From Longimicrobiales bacterium (lineage in GTDB: Bacteria > Gemmatimonadota > Gemmatimonadetes > Longimicrobiales > Gaopeijiaceae), in NCBI GenBank assembly GCA_965203485.1, contig OZ241892.1, forward strand, positions 480,001 to 544,000: 64,000 nt of DNA, read 5' to 3'. Shown here in pieces: positions 8,526-19,071 of this stretch (its first letter is position 1; every line of letters begins with the position of its first letter). The position numbers and the translations under genes are program-made. The notes under the pieces were generated by a model, which had not been told where the DNA came from, searched no databases, and worked only from the letters and a program-made list of their open reading frames with translations.

Positions 8526-10733
8526 ATGGGGCTGCTCGCGCCCTTCTTCCTGATCGGCTTGGCGGGCTTGGCGGTGCCCGTGGCGATCCACCTCACGCGT
8601 CGCGAGCGCGGCAAGCCGGTCCGCTTCCCTTCGCTGATGTTCGTGGAGCACGTCCCCTTTCGGGAACGGTCGCGGCGGCGGATCCGCCACTGGGCGCTGC
8701 TGGTGTTGCGCTTGGCGGCGATCGTGCTCCTGGCGACGGCGTTCTCCCGGCCCTTCGTGCGCGGCGGGGGGCTGGCGACGGCCGGCGCCGCCGGACCCGA
8801 AGAGGTCGTGATCCTGCTGGACCAGTCGTACTCGATGGCGCTCGCGGACCACTGGTCCCAAGCGGTCTCGCGGGCGAGGGACGCGGCGCTTGCGCTGAGG
8901 CCGCAGGACCGGGTGTCGCTGGCGGCGTTCGCCGAGTCGCCGAGCTTGGTCGCGCGTTCCAGCGTCGCGGCGGCGCCGGTGCTGAGGGCTCTGGACACGC
9001 TGGAGACGACTGCCCTGGGGACGCGCATGGCGCCCGCGCTCAAGCTGGCCGGCGCCGTGCTCGACGCGTCTCCGTTGGTCCGGCGGCGCGTTGTGCTCGT
9101 CAGCGACTTTCAGCGCGTCGGGTGGCAGCCCGACCGCGACGCAGTCTTGCCCGAGGGGGTCGCGCTCGAGACCGTCGTTGTCGGCGATGAAGGCGCCGGT
9201 GCGGAGAACTTGGCGATCGGCGGGCTGGAGTTGCAGCGCGCGCCGGGCCAGGGAAGGGACCGCGTGTCGGTACGGGCAAGGGTGGTGTCGCTCGGAGGGC
9301 GGGGCGGCGGCGCGGGACCGGCGAGCGGGGCCGGGGCGAGTGCGTCCGGCGCGTCCGGTCCGGTTGGTCTCGTCGGCCAGGTCGGCTCGCTCGGCGCACC
9401 GGCGCCCGGCGGTCCTGCCGCCCGCCAACTGGAAACGCGCGTCGTGCTTTCCGTCGACGGCACGGAGGTGGAGACGGTGGGCGTTTCCGTGCCCATGGGG
9501 GGGGCGGCTCAGGTGTCGTTCGGCGCGTTCACGCTCGGCCACGACTTCACCAAGGGAATTCTGCGCGTCGAGGACGACGCGCTTGCGGCGGACAACATGG
9601 TCCACTTCGTCGCCTCGCCGGGCGCGGGCGTCGACGTGCTGATCTGGGACCCGCGCGGTACCGGGCCGTCCAACCTCCATCTGCGACGCGCCCTCGAGGC
9701 GGGCGGGCCGGCCGGATTCTCGGTCGGCGTGACGGCGAGCGCGCCTTCGGCCGAGGAACTGGACGCGGCGGACCTGGTGGCGATGACCGGCGCCGCGGTC
9801 GTGGGAGGAGCGTCGCTGGTTCGGCTCACGGATTTCGTCGCGGCGGGCGGGGGGTTGCTGGTCGTGCTGGGCGAGACGGGCCCGGTCGGCGGTGGGCGCC
9901 GGGGCGGGGGCCGCGCCGAGCTCCTGCCGGTGACCCTCGGGCAGGCGGATGCCCCGCCGGACCCGCGCCGCCTGGGCTTCGTGGACTATGATCATCCGGT
10001 CTTCGCAGCGTTCCGGGGGCCGCGGTCGGGCGACTTCTCGCGGACTGCCTTCTACCGCACGCGCCGCATCGAGGCATTGGGCGGCGGGCGAGCGCTGGCG
10101 CGGTTCGACGACGGTTCCCCCGCGCTGGTCGAGGTGCGCTTGGGCCGCGGACGGGTCCTCGTTTGGGCGGGCGGCATGGATCGCTTGTGGAGCGACTTCC
10201 CATTGCAGCCCGTCTACCTGCCGTTCGTGCACCGCGTCGCGAGCTGGCTGGGGGCGCGCGGCGAGTCCGCGGAATGGCACGTCGTGGGCACGACGGTGGA
10301 CCTGGCCGCGCTGGCGGAGGCGGTCGGAGCGGACGGGATCCCCCCCGACGCGGTGGCGATGACGCCGGGGGGCGGTTCGGCGCCGGTCGACCCGGCGGCG
10401 CCGTTGCTGTTCCTGGCAAAGCAGGGGATATGGGAAGTCCGGCCGCCCGGCCGCCGCCCGGAGCGCCCCCTCGCGCTGGCCGCCAACGTGGACCTGCGCG
10501 AATCGGATCTCGCCAAGCTCGACTTGGCGGAGTTTGCGGTAGCTGCAGGCGGCGACCGGACGGGCGCGGAGGGCGAGTTCGATGTCGGCGAGGCGACCCC
10601 CGAAGAGGCGTCCGTCCAAGACGTCGAACGGCGACAGGCGCTGTGGCGCTACTTGCTGGCCGGGTTGTTCCTCCTGCTCGTCTCGGAGACCGTGCTCGCC
10701 AACCGGCTGTCGCGAGCCCGAGCCGCGGCCTGA
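8526..10733 (+). CDS. BatA-domain/vWA membrane protein
   Basis: N-terminal LAPFFLIGLAGLAVPVAIHL...FPSLMF (BatA), LDQSYSM MIDAS, NVDLRESDL, C-terminal TM helix LWRYLL. Confidence 0.88.
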   Translation: MGLLAPFFLIGLAGLAVPVAIHLTRRERGKPVRFPSLMFVEHVPFRERSRRRIRHWALLVLRLAAIVLLATAFSRPFVRGGGLATAGAAGPEEVVILLDQSYSMALADHWSQAVSRARDAALALRPQDRVSLAAFAESPSLVARSSVAAAPVLRALDTLETTALGTRMAPALKLAGAVLDASPLVRRRVVLVSDFQRVGWQPDRDAVLPEGVALETVVVGDEGAGAENLAIGGLELQRAPGQGRDRVSVRARVVSLGGRGGGAGPASGAGASASGASGPVGLVGQVGSLGAPAPGGPAARQLETRVVLSVDGTEVETVGVSVPMGGAAQVSFGAFTLGHDFTKGILRVEDDALAADNMVHFVASPGAGVDVLIWDPRGTGPSNLHLRRALEAGGPAGFSVGVTASAPSAEELDAADLVAMTGAAVVGGASLVRLTDFVAAGGGLLVVLGETGPVGGGRRGGGRAELLPVTLGQADAPPDPRRLGFVDYDHPVFAAFRGPRSGDFSRTAFYRTRRIEALGGGRALARFDDGSPALVEVRLGRGRVLVWAGGMDRLWSDFPLQPVYLPFVHRVASWLGARGESAEWHVVGTTVDLAALAEAVGADGIPPDAVAMTPGGGSAPVDPAAPLLFLAKQGIWEVRPPGRRPERPLALAANVDLRESDLAKLDLAEFAVAAGGDRTGAEGEFDVGEATPEEASVQDVERRQALWRYLLAGLFLLLVSETVLANRLSRARAAA

Positions 10734-10890
10734 GCATCCGAGCCTGCGATCCATGCCGCCGGGCGGGGTCGCGCAACGGCCCTCCCTAGATTCCACAAGG
10801 TACCGGCCCACGGGGCAGGGTTGCCGCAGCGCTTCCTCCGCCGCTCGCGACGCCCGCTGGTCCGCGATGGCTTGGCAACGGAGACGTCGC

Positions 10891-12396
10891 ATGTTGAAGA
10901 TCACGGCGCGGAGCCGCGTTGCCGTCCCCTCGTCGACCGCCGCGCCGCGGTTGCGGACTCGTTCGCGCGCGGCGGGCCGCCGACTCGCGCTCGCGGCGAC
11001 GCTTGGCACGGCCGGTTGTGGAAGCGGGACCGGCACGGAGCCTCCTCCTGGAGGAACGCGGAACGAGCCGCCCGTGGCCGCGTTTGCCGTGGACGTCTCC
11101 GAAGGGTTCGCTCCTCTTGAGGTGCGGTTCGACGGAAGCGGGTCGCGGGACCCGGACGGAAGCGTGGCGTCTTGGACATGGGAGTTCGGCGACGGAACGC
11201 GGGGGTCGGGACGCGTGACCACGCACGTCTACCAAGAGCCGGGGGTCTACACGCCCGCGCTGACGGTGGCGGACCAGCGCGGCGCGGTGGACAGGGGAGT
11301 CGGCGAGGCGATCACGGTCAACAGTCCGCCGGGGCAGGGGGACGCGGCGATCGCGGGGGTCGTGTGGCACGACGCGGACGCGGACGGCGTGCGCGCCGAA
11401 GGCGAAGACGTCATACCGGCGATGCTCGTCTTCCTCGACGAAGACGACGATGGCGTGAGGGACTCGCTGGAGGCGGCCGCCCTGACCGACTCGGCGGGCC
11501 GGTACGAGTTCAGGGGACTGGACAGCGGCCGCTCCTACTCGGTGACCCAGGAACTCTCCCTTGGCTGGACCAATACGGCGCCCGGGCGAGGATCGTCGGC
11601 CGGCTTCGCCCGTTCGCGCCCTCCCACGGCGCCCATCATCGGCGGCGGCTTCGCGGACGCGGGCGAGTTTCCGTTCCAGGCGGCGTTGCTGAAGGCGGCT
11701 TCGCGGACCCAGTTCTGCGGGGCCACGTTCATCGCCGCGAGCTGGGTCATGACCGCGGCGCACTGCGTGGACGACGGCGTCGAGCCCGATTCGGTCGTGG
11801 TCCTGGCCGGAACCCACGACTTGGCGAGCGGGGGCGAGATCCTGGACGTGGCGCGGATCGTCGTCCATCCCGACTTTTCCGCCGAACAGTCCTTCGTGAA
11901 CGACCTCGCGCTCCTGGAACTCGGAGGCCGCTACATGTACCCGCGCATCGAGCTGCTGTCTCCGGGCGTGGCGGCGCTGGCGGCGCCCGGCGCGGTGGCC
12001 ACGGTGGTGGGCTGGGGGTACACCGCGGCCGGCGGCAGTCCTTCGACTCTCCTCAAGAAGCTGGCGGCGCGGATCGTATCGAACGACGAATGCCGCACGC
12101 AGCTGGGCAACCACGTGCAGGGCGTCACCATCTGCGCGGGAATCGCAGGAGCGCCCGGCGCCACCTGCCACGGGGACTCCGGCGGTCCCCTGATGGCGCC
12201 GTACAGGAGTCGTTGGATGCAGGTCGGCGTGGTCAGCTTCGGAGCGACGATATGCAACCAGCCGTCCGCCTTCGCGCGCGTTTCGGCGTTGCTGGACTTC
12301 CCCGCCGACAACGTCCCGGCAGAGCGCTCGGGGACGGTCGTGGTGGACTGGGCCGCCGGCACGGCCGCCGAAGTCGACTTCGGGAACTTCCGCTGA
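10891..12396 (+). CDS. Lipoprotein with PKD domain, SdrD-B-like domain and S1 (trypsin-fold) serine protease
   Basis: Lipobox-like TAGC; PKD WEFGDG; IIGG start, TAAHC, NDLALL, GDSGGP triad; start codon uncertain. Confidence 0.85.
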   Translation: MLKITARSRVAVPSSTAAPRLRTRSRAAGRRLALAATLGTAGCGSGTGTEPPPGGTRNEPPVAAFAVDVSEGFAPLEVRFDGSGSRDPDGSVASWTWEFGDGTRGSGRVTTHVYQEPGVYTPALTVADQRGAVDRGVGEAITVNSPPGQGDAAIAGVVWHDADADGVRAEGEDVIPAMLVFLDEDDDGVRDSLEAAALTDSAGRYEFRGLDSGRSYSVTQELSLGWTNTAPGRGSSAGFARSRPPTAPIIGGGFADAGEFPFQAALLKAASRTQFCGATFIAASWVMTAAHCVDDGVEPDSVVVLAGTHDLASGGEILDVARIVVHPDFSAEQSFVNDLALLELGGRYMYPRIELLSPGVAALAAPGAVATVVGWGYTAAGGSPSTLLKKLAARIVSNDECRTQLGNHVQGVTICAGIAGAPGATCHGDSGGPLMAPYRSRWMQVGVVSFGATICNQPSAFARVSALLDFPADNVPAERSGTVVVDWAAGTAAEVDFGNFR

Positions 12397-13961
12397 TGCC
12401 GCCGCCGGGCTGGGCGAATCGGCGCGGCCGAGCGTCGGCGCGCCGAACGAAGGGGCGGCTGCGGCGCTGGGGGCGCGCCGCAACGGCGGGGTCTTGGGCG
12501 CGGTTCGGCCCGTCTCCTCCCCGGCGCTTCGTCGCGGCGGCGTGGCTTCTGGCCTCGGCGCTCGGAGGCTGCGACGCAGTCGATCCAACGCAAGTGACCA
12601 ACCCCAGCACGACGGACGAGGACCTGGCGCGCTCGCCGGAACCGACCAAGGCGCTGCTGCCCGGCCTCCGGGCTCAGTTCGCCCGCATGATCAGCTCGTA
12701 CGTGACCGTGACGGCGGTCGTCAGCGACGACTACTCGATCCACGGCACCGGCCTCGTCGTCGACCTGGACGATCCCATGGCCGTCACCCCGGACCTCCTG
12801 AACGGAACCGGCACCAGCGCGAGCGGCGTCTACTGGAACGTCCAAGAGCTCCGGGCCCTGGGCGACTTCGTCGTGGACGAGATCGCTCCCGCCGACGAGA
12901 CCGCCACTCCCGCGCTCGTCGCCGAGGCCCGCTACTACCGCGGCATGGCCTACTTGACGCTGGGCGAAGTCTTCTCCTTCGCGCCCCACGAAAAGGACGG
13001 GCTGCCGCAATCCTCGTCAGCGGCGCTCGCCCGCGCCGTCGCCGATCTCGAAGCGGCCGCCGCAGTGGGTCCGCAGGCGCAGGCGGCGCTCGCCCGCGCC
13101 TTCCGGCTGATGAGCGACGCGCCTTCGGCCGAGGCGGCGGCCAACGCCGTCTTGAACGCGTCGGCCGACTATCTCCTGGCGCAGCCCTACGATCCGCAGT
13201 CGATCCCCAACATGCCCGCGGCGTTTCTGTCGCTTCGATCGCTGCAGGAAATGCAGCCTCTTCCCCGGCTGGACTTCCTCGACCCCAAGTACACCAAGCG
13301 GGACTCGGCCATCCCCGTGGCCAAGGCCGAGGAGATGCACTTGATCCTGGCGGAGATCGACTTGGCGGCCGGCCGGCCCGCGGACGCCGGCGCGCACTTG
13401 GCCGACGCCATCCGGCTGGCGGCCGGGCGGGGCACGATCGCGTTCGACGAGACGGACGAACGCCGCAACGCCGACCGCAGCCTGCGTCCCCGCAGTTCCG
13501 AGGTCCTCGTTCGGGCCGACGCCGGCAGCCCGTATAGGGCCGGGCTGGTCGTGGACCGTCCCGCCAAGGACCTGCAGGTCCCCAACGTCTCAGCCACGTC
13601 GCTGGACGCCGACAGCGTCGCGGCGCTTTCCGCTGCCGCCGAGCTGTGGCACGCGCTCTGGCTGGCCCGTCAAGAAATCCTGTTCTTGGAAGGGCGCCGC
13701 TTGGCCGACCTGGGGATCAAGCTGCCCATGATGCGCCGGGAGATCGACCAGAACTCGCGGATCGTCCCCGGCAGTCCCGGAACGAAGACGACAGCGCCCC
13801 CTTGGTTGCCCAGCGGCCCTCGCTACGCCATGGACGCCTACGTGCCGCTGGCTGTCTACGAGGGCAACGGCCGCGATGCCCAACTGCTGGAGACCGAACT
13901 CACGATCGTCGTGGACATGAACCGGCTGCTGGTGGAAAACGGAGCGTCGCCTTTCCGATAG
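12396..13961 (+). CDS. SusD/RagB-like lipoprotein
   Basis: LGGC lipobox; AEARYYRGMAY, AEEMHLILAE and RQEILFLEGRRLADL resemble SusD motifs; start uncertain. Confidence 0.65.
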   Translation: MPPPGWANRRGRASARRTKGRLRRWGRAATAGSWARFGPSPPRRFVAAAWLLASALGGCDAVDPTQVTNPSTTDEDLARSPEPTKALLPGLRAQFARMISSYVTVTAVVSDDYSIHGTGLVVDLDDPMAVTPDLLNGTGTSASGVYWNVQELRALGDFVVDEIAPADETATPALVAEARYYRGMAYLTLGEVFSFAPHEKDGLPQSSSAALARAVADLEAAAAVGPQAQAALARAFRLMSDAPSAEAAANAVLNASADYLLAQPYDPQSIPNMPAAFLSLRSLQEMQPLPRLDFLDPKYTKRDSAIPVAKAEEMHLILAEIDLAAGRPADAGAHLADAIRLAAGRGTIAFDETDERRNADRSLRPRSSEVLVRADAGSPYRAGLVVDRPAKDLQVPNVSATSLDADSVAALSAAAELWHALWLARQEILFLEGRRLADLGIKLPMMRREIDQNSRIVPGSPGTKTTAPPWLPSGPRYAMDAYVPLAVYEGNGRDAQLLETELTIVVDMNRLLVENGASPFR

Positions 13962-14096
13962 CCTTTCGCGCGCCTCCCCGGCAAGGCGTCCGTCGTTTGT
14001 CCGGGGATCGGGCCATGGCGGCCAGGCTCCGCCCGGGCCTACGCCCGCCGCCGCCGCTTGCCCCCCGCATCTCGACACGGCGATATTCCAACGACG

Positions 14097-17000
14097 ATGG
14101 ACGATCCTCGCAGAGCCACCGCCACGGGCCGCCAGCTCCGAGCGGCCGCCGACGTCCGCAGGATCGTGCGCCAAGTCCGGCGGCGCTGGCGCCTCAAGCT
14201 CGTGTTGCGCGGCATGGCCGTGGTCGCGGCGGGCGGCCTGCTGATCTTCCTGGCGTCGGCCGTCGGCTTGGAAGTCCTGCGGTTCCGGCCCGAAGCGGTG
14301 ACCGTGTTCCGGGCGGTCCTGTGGATCGCCACGGTCGGCCTCCTGGCCCGGTTTGTCCTTTGGCCCCTGTTCCGGCGCGTGTCGGACGAGCGCGTGGCGC
14401 TGTACCTCGAAGAGCACGAGCCGGCCCTCCAGTCGAGGATGCTCGCGGCGGTGGAGTCCTCGCCGGCCGGCCGGCCCCCGCGCACCGACCTCCATTGTGC
14501 GATCGTGGAGCGGGCGGCCGAAGAGTGCCGCCGCCTTCGCTACGGCGCGCACATCGAGCGGTCTGCGATCCGCCGGGCCGGAGGCGCGCTCGCGGGCGCG
14601 CTCGCCGCGGGCTTCATCCTCTTCCTCGCCGGCCCGGGCTTCCTCCGGCACGGGGCGCCGGCCCTCCTCTTCCCGGCGCGGGCGGCCGAAGCGGTCAATC
14701 CGTACCGCGTGACGGTCGAACCGGGCGACACGACAATTTCGCGCAACTCCGACCTCCGCGTCTCGGCGGTCCTCCACGGCTTCGACTCCGACGACGTGGT
14801 CCTGTTCACGGAAGGCGCAGAAGGAACCGGCTGGTCCGCGATGCCGATGATCGGCGACGGCGCGGGAACCTTCGACGGCCTCCTCCTCAACGTCGCGGAA
14901 CCAGCGCGCTACCACGTCGAGGCCAACGGCGTCCGCTCCGAGACGTTCTCGGTGCGCGTGGCCGACCTGCCCGCTATCGACCGCCTCGAGATGGAGTACC
15001 ACTTTCCATCGTACACGGGCTTGGCGCCCCGCCGCTTCGAGTACGGCGGCGACGTCGCCGCGCTGGCCGGCACCACCGTAAGGCTTGTAGCCACATCCAC
15101 CATCCCGTCGCCGGGCGCCGTGCTCTTCGCCGACTGGGGCGACACGATTCCGATGCGGCCCGCCCCGAACGCGACGCCGGCGCCCGAGGCCCTGCCGGAC
15201 GCCGGTTCGTCCAGCGCCGTCGCCGATGTCGGCCCCATGCCCGCCGCGGACGCGGACACTGGTCCCGCGGCCCCGCGCGCCAGCGCCTTCGAGGGCTCCT
15301 TCGTGGTCCGCCGCGACGGCTTCTACGGGATCCGCCTTCAAACTGCGCAGGGCGCTTGGGTTGCGGGCGCGCCCGACTACCGCGTGGACGTCCTTAAGGA
15401 CCAGGAGCCCTCCGTCTCCTTCAGCAAGCCCGGGCGCGACGGGCAGGCGACCTCGATCGAGGAGGTCTTCTTGGAGGTGCGGGCCGACGACGACATCGGC
15501 GTATCCGAGGTCCTCTGGGTCTACTCCGTCAACGGCGCCCCGCCCGACACCGCGCGCATTCACGCGACGGCAGGCCCGCCTCTGCCCGAGGCGACGGTCG
15601 GCCACACCGTCTTCCTGGAGGACTTCGGCTTGGAGACCGGCGACCTGATCGCCTACCACGCCGTCGCCCGCGACAACGCGCCGGTTCCCAACGAGGCCCT
15701 GACCGACATCTACTTCCTGCAGATCCGTCCCTTCCGGCGCGACTTTCGGGAGGCGCAGAGCGGCGGGGGCGGAGGCGGGTCCGGCGTCGGCCAAGGCACG
15801 ATGGAGGACGACCTTTCCGGACTCCAGCGCCAAATCGTCGCAGCCAGCTTCAACTTGGTCCGCGACCGAGAGACGTACGACGCCGACGCATGGGACGAGA
15901 ACGTGATCAGCGTCGCCTTGAGCCAGCAACGGCTCCGCGAGCAGGTCGAAGCGCTCGCCCAGCGGATCGTCAACCGTGGAATCGCCGGGGCGGACGAGTC
16001 GTTCACGAGGATCGCGGAAGCGTTGCCCCGGGCGGTCGAAGCGATGCGCGAAGCCGAGGACTCGCTGCGCGCCCTGAATCCCGCCGCTGCGATCGGTCCC
16101 GAGCAGCGCGCCCTCCGCGAGCTGCAGAAGGCCGAGGAGACCTACGAGCGCTTCGTCTCGCTGGAGGCGCAGCAGCAGGGCGGCGGCGGACAGGGGGGCG
16201 GCCCCAGCGCCGAGGATCTGGCCGATCTCTTCGAGTTGGAGACGGACAAGCTCCGCAACCAGTACGAGACCGTGCAGCGCAGTCGGCAAGAGACGACGGA
16301 CCAGGCGGTCGACGAGTCGTTGGAGAAGCTCCGGGAGTTGGCGCGCAGGCAGGAACAGGAGCTCGAGCGCCAGCGGCGCCGGGCGGCCGCGCAGCAGGGC
16401 GGGGGAGGCGGAGGCGCCCGAGAGTTGGCCGAGGAGGCCGAGGAGGCGGCCCGGCGGCTGGAGCGGCTGTCTCGAGAGACGGGCGATCCGGGCTTGGCGG
16501 GCGTCTCGCGCCAGCTGGAGCAGGCGGCCGACGCCATGCGCCGGGCGGCGGCGACGCGTGGCTCCGAGGGCGTGGCCGAGGCGCAGGCCGCGTTGCGAAG
16601 GCTCCGGGGCGCGCGCGAGCGGCTCGAAGACGTGCAGGACGAGCGCGTGGCGAGGGAAGTGGAGGACGCGCGCAGGCGGGCGGAGGGCTTGGCGGAGCGG
16701 CAGCGTGACGTCGAGAACCGCATGGAGGCGATGCGGCGCGCGGGCCGCCCGTCGGCGGACCAGATCCAGCGGATTCGGGACACGAAGGACGAGATGGCCG
16801 AGGAGGTCGGCGAGGTGCTGGGCCGTCTGGAGCGGGCCGCCAACGACGCGAGGCGCAAGGGGCGCGGAGCCGCGGCGGAACTGGAAGAAGCCGTCGAAAC
16901 GATCCGCGAGACGCAACTCAGGGAACGCTTGCTCTATTCGCGCGGCCTGGTGGGGAGGCCCGGCCAGGAAGACTACGCCGAGGCGTTCGAGAACCAGACC

Positions 17001-17675
17001 GCGCAAGCGATTCAGTCGCTCCGCAACCGCCTGGACGAAGCCGCCGAGGCCGTGCGCGCCGAGACCGGACGGGACCCCGCCGCCGAGGCGCTGGACGCGG
17101 CGGGCGACCTGGTGCGCAGCCTCGAGTCCATGGACCGCCGGATGGACGCGAAGGCTTCCGCTGGAGACGATGCCGAAGAGCATTCCGCGAGGGAAGAGGG
17201 GCCGTCCGCGGAGGCCCGGGGCGATGGCTCTCCTGGCGGGGGCGGCCCAGCTTCCGACGGACTGGCCCCCGGACGGCGTGGCGCCGGCTCGCTCGGCCCT
17301 GGCGGACGTCGATCCTTCAGCGGCGACGAAGTCCGCCAGCTGCGCCGAGAGATTCGAGAGCGTGCCGGCGAGCTGCGTGGCTTGGCGGAGCTGGTCGAGC
17401 GCGTCGGCGTCGACGCCGACGAGCTGGCCGCCATGATCGCGGCGATGCGCGCCCTGGACAGGGACGGCACGTACGCCGACGCGGCCGAAGTCCGCCGCCT
17501 GCACGCCGAGTTGCTCGAGAACATGAAGCGGCTCGAGTTTCGTTTGCGCCGCGAGTTCGCTGCCGGCGCGGAGGAGCGCCTCCTCTTCCAACACTCCGGC
17601 GACGTTCCCGAGGAGTATCGCAAGCTCGTCGAGGAATACTACCGAGCCCTGTCCCGGAGCGGCGGCGCCAGGTAG
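14097..17675 (+). CDS. DUF4175-like membrane-anchored Ig/coiled-coil protein of MoxR-vWA loci
   Basis: N-terminal TM helices, YHFPSYTGL, RADDDIGV, long coiled coil, terminal VPEEYRKLVEEYYRAL. Confidence 0.75.
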   Translation: MDDPRRATATGRQLRAAADVRRIVRQVRRRWRLKLVLRGMAVVAAGGLLIFLASAVGLEVLRFRPEAVTVFRAVLWIATVGLLARFVLWPLFRRVSDERVALYLEEHEPALQSRMLAAVESSPAGRPPRTDLHCAIVERAAEECRRLRYGAHIERSAIRRAGGALAGALAAGFILFLAGPGFLRHGAPALLFPARAAEAVNPYRVTVEPGDTTISRNSDLRVSAVLHGFDSDDVVLFTEGAEGTGWSAMPMIGDGAGTFDGLLLNVAEPARYHVEANGVRSETFSVRVADLPAIDRLEMEYHFPSYTGLAPRRFEYGGDVAALAGTTVRLVATSTIPSPGAVLFADWGDTIPMRPAPNATPAPEALPDAGSSSAVADVGPMPAADADTGPAAPRASAFEGSFVVRRDGFYGIRLQTAQGAWVAGAPDYRVDVLKDQEPSVSFSKPGRDGQATSIEEVFLEVRADDDIGVSEVLWVYSVNGAPPDTARIHATAGPPLPEATVGHTVFLEDFGLETGDLIAYHAVARDNAPVPNEALTDIYFLQIRPFRRDFREAQSGGGGGGSGVGQGTMEDDLSGLQRQIVAASFNLVRDRETYDADAWDENVISVALSQQRLREQVEALAQRIVNRGIAGADESFTRIAEALPRAVEAMREAEDSLRALNPAAAIGPEQRALRELQKAEETYERFVSLEAQQQGGGGQGGGPSAEDLADLFELETDKLRNQYETVQRSRQETTDQAVDESLEKLRELARRQEQELERQRRRAAAQQGGGGGGARELAEEAEEAARRLERLSRETGDPGLAGVSRQLEQAADAMRRAAATRGSEGVAEAQAALRRLRGARERLEDVQDERVAREVEDARRRAEGLAERQRDVENRMEAMRRAGRPSADQIQRIRDTKDEMAEEVGEVLGRLERAANDARRKGRGAAAELEEAVETIRETQLRERLLYSRGLVGRPGQEDYAEAFENQTAQAIQSLRNRLDEAAEAVRAETGRDPAAEALDAAGDLVRSLESMDRRMDAKASAGDDAEEHSAREEGPSAEARGDGSPGGGGPASDGLAPGRRGAGSLGPGGRRSFSGDEVRQLRREIRERAGELRGLAELVERVGVDADELAAMIAAMRALDRDGTYADAAEVRRLHAELLENMKRLEFRLRREFAAGAEERLLFQHSGDVPEEYRKLVEEYYRALSRSGGAR

Positions 17676-17718
17676 AGCGGACCGCCGCCGACCCCGCCCC
17701 GTCCCGCACGGCGTTCGC

Positions 17719-18897
17719 GTGATGCCCAGAGTCGAGACCGGCCTTGAAGTTCTCGTCCGGCGGGGCGCCGCCGCCGTCGGCCTCGGCCGGGCCCGCGTCG
17801 GCATGATCGTCCACCCGGCTTCGGTTACGTCGGCACTGGCATTCGCCGCGGACGAGGTACGCCGGACGGGCTTCGACCTGCGCGCGCTGTTCGGTCCGCA
17901 GCACGGCGCGCGAGGCGAGAAGCAGGACAACATGGTTGAGTCCCGCGACTACACGGACCCCGCGACGGGCCTTCCCGTCCACTCCCTCTACGGCGATGCG
18001 CGAAAGCCCTCGCCCGAGATGCTGGCAGGGTTGGATGCGGTGCTCTTCGACCTCCAAGACGTCGGCGTTCGCGTCTACACCTTCGTTTGGACGATGGCGT
18101 TGGCCATGGAAGCATGCGCCGAGGCGGGTCTTCGGTTCGTCGTGCTCGACCGGCCGAATCCCGTCGGAGGCGATCGTCGCGAGGGCCCGGCGCTGCGCGC
18201 GGGGTTCGAGTCCTTCGTCGGGCTCCACCCCTTGCCCCTTAGGCACGGCCTGACCTGCGGGGAAGCGGCGCAGTGGCTGAACGCGGAGCGTGGAATCGGC
18301 TGCGACCTCTCGGTGGTTCCCTGCAAGGGGCTGCGGCGCGACATGCGCTGGGACGACACCGGTCTTCCGTGGATCATGCCGAGCCCCAACCTGCCCACCC
18401 CAGCGGCGTGCGACGTGTATCCCGGCATGGTCCTGTTGGAGGGCACGAACCTGTCGGAAGGCCGTGGCACCACTCGTCCCTTCGAACTCTTCGGCGCCCC
18501 CTGGCTGGACCCTCTCGCCCTCGCCGGCCGGCTGAACGCCGCAGGCGTGCCCGGCGCCGCCTTCCGGCCATGCCACTTCGAGCCGACCTTCCAGAAGCAC
18601 GCAGGCGTTCTCTGCGGCGGCGCCCAGCTCCACGTGACCGACCCGGCCGCCTTCGAGCCAGTGCGCGCCGCCGTGGAAGTCCTGAGAGCGGCCCGCGTGC
18701 TGGCCCCCGACGACTTCGAATGGCGCGCGCCGCCCTACGAATACGAGGAAACGCTTCCGCCCATCGACATCCTCTGGGGCCACGACGGCCTGCGCCTCGG
18801 CGTCGACGCCGGCGCGGACACCGACGCCATCCTGGCGGGGACGTCCGAAGAGAACCGCCGCTTCGCCGCGGAGGTGGAGCCGCGGCTGATCTACTGA
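17719..18897 (+). CDS. namZ: Exo-beta-N-acetylmuramidase NamZ (DUF1343)
   Basis: LFGPQHG, FDLQDVGVRVYTF, LDRPNP, PSPNLPT, EGTNLSEGRGTTRPFE. Confidence 0.9.
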   Translation: MMPRVETGLEVLVRRGAAAVGLGRARVGMIVHPASVTSALAFAADEVRRTGFDLRALFGPQHGARGEKQDNMVESRDYTDPATGLPVHSLYGDARKPSPEMLAGLDAVLFDLQDVGVRVYTFVWTMALAMEACAEAGLRFVVLDRPNPVGGDRREGPALRAGFESFVGLHPLPLRHGLTCGEAAQWLNAERGIGCDLSVVPCKGLRRDMRWDDTGLPWIMPSPNLPTPAACDVYPGMVLLEGTNLSEGRGTTRPFELFGAPWLDPLALAGRLNAAGVPGAAFRPCHFEPTFQKHAGVLCGGAQLHVTDPAAFEPVRAAVEVLRAARVLAPDDFEWRAPPYEYEETLPPIDILWGHDGLRLGVDAGADTDAILAGTSEENRRFAAEVEPRLIY

Positions 18898-19071
18898 CGA
18901 GCACGCGCGCCGGAGACCGCGCCGGCGTCGCTGTCGAGGTGACCATCCTCCGGCCCCCGCCTGCATCTCGCCGCCAAAGCCGCCACGGCGCCGGCCAATG
19001 GCGCAACGCCCGACTTCGGAGCCATTATGGTTGCCACCGCCGACAATCTTCCCTACGAAGGACGCAACCCC

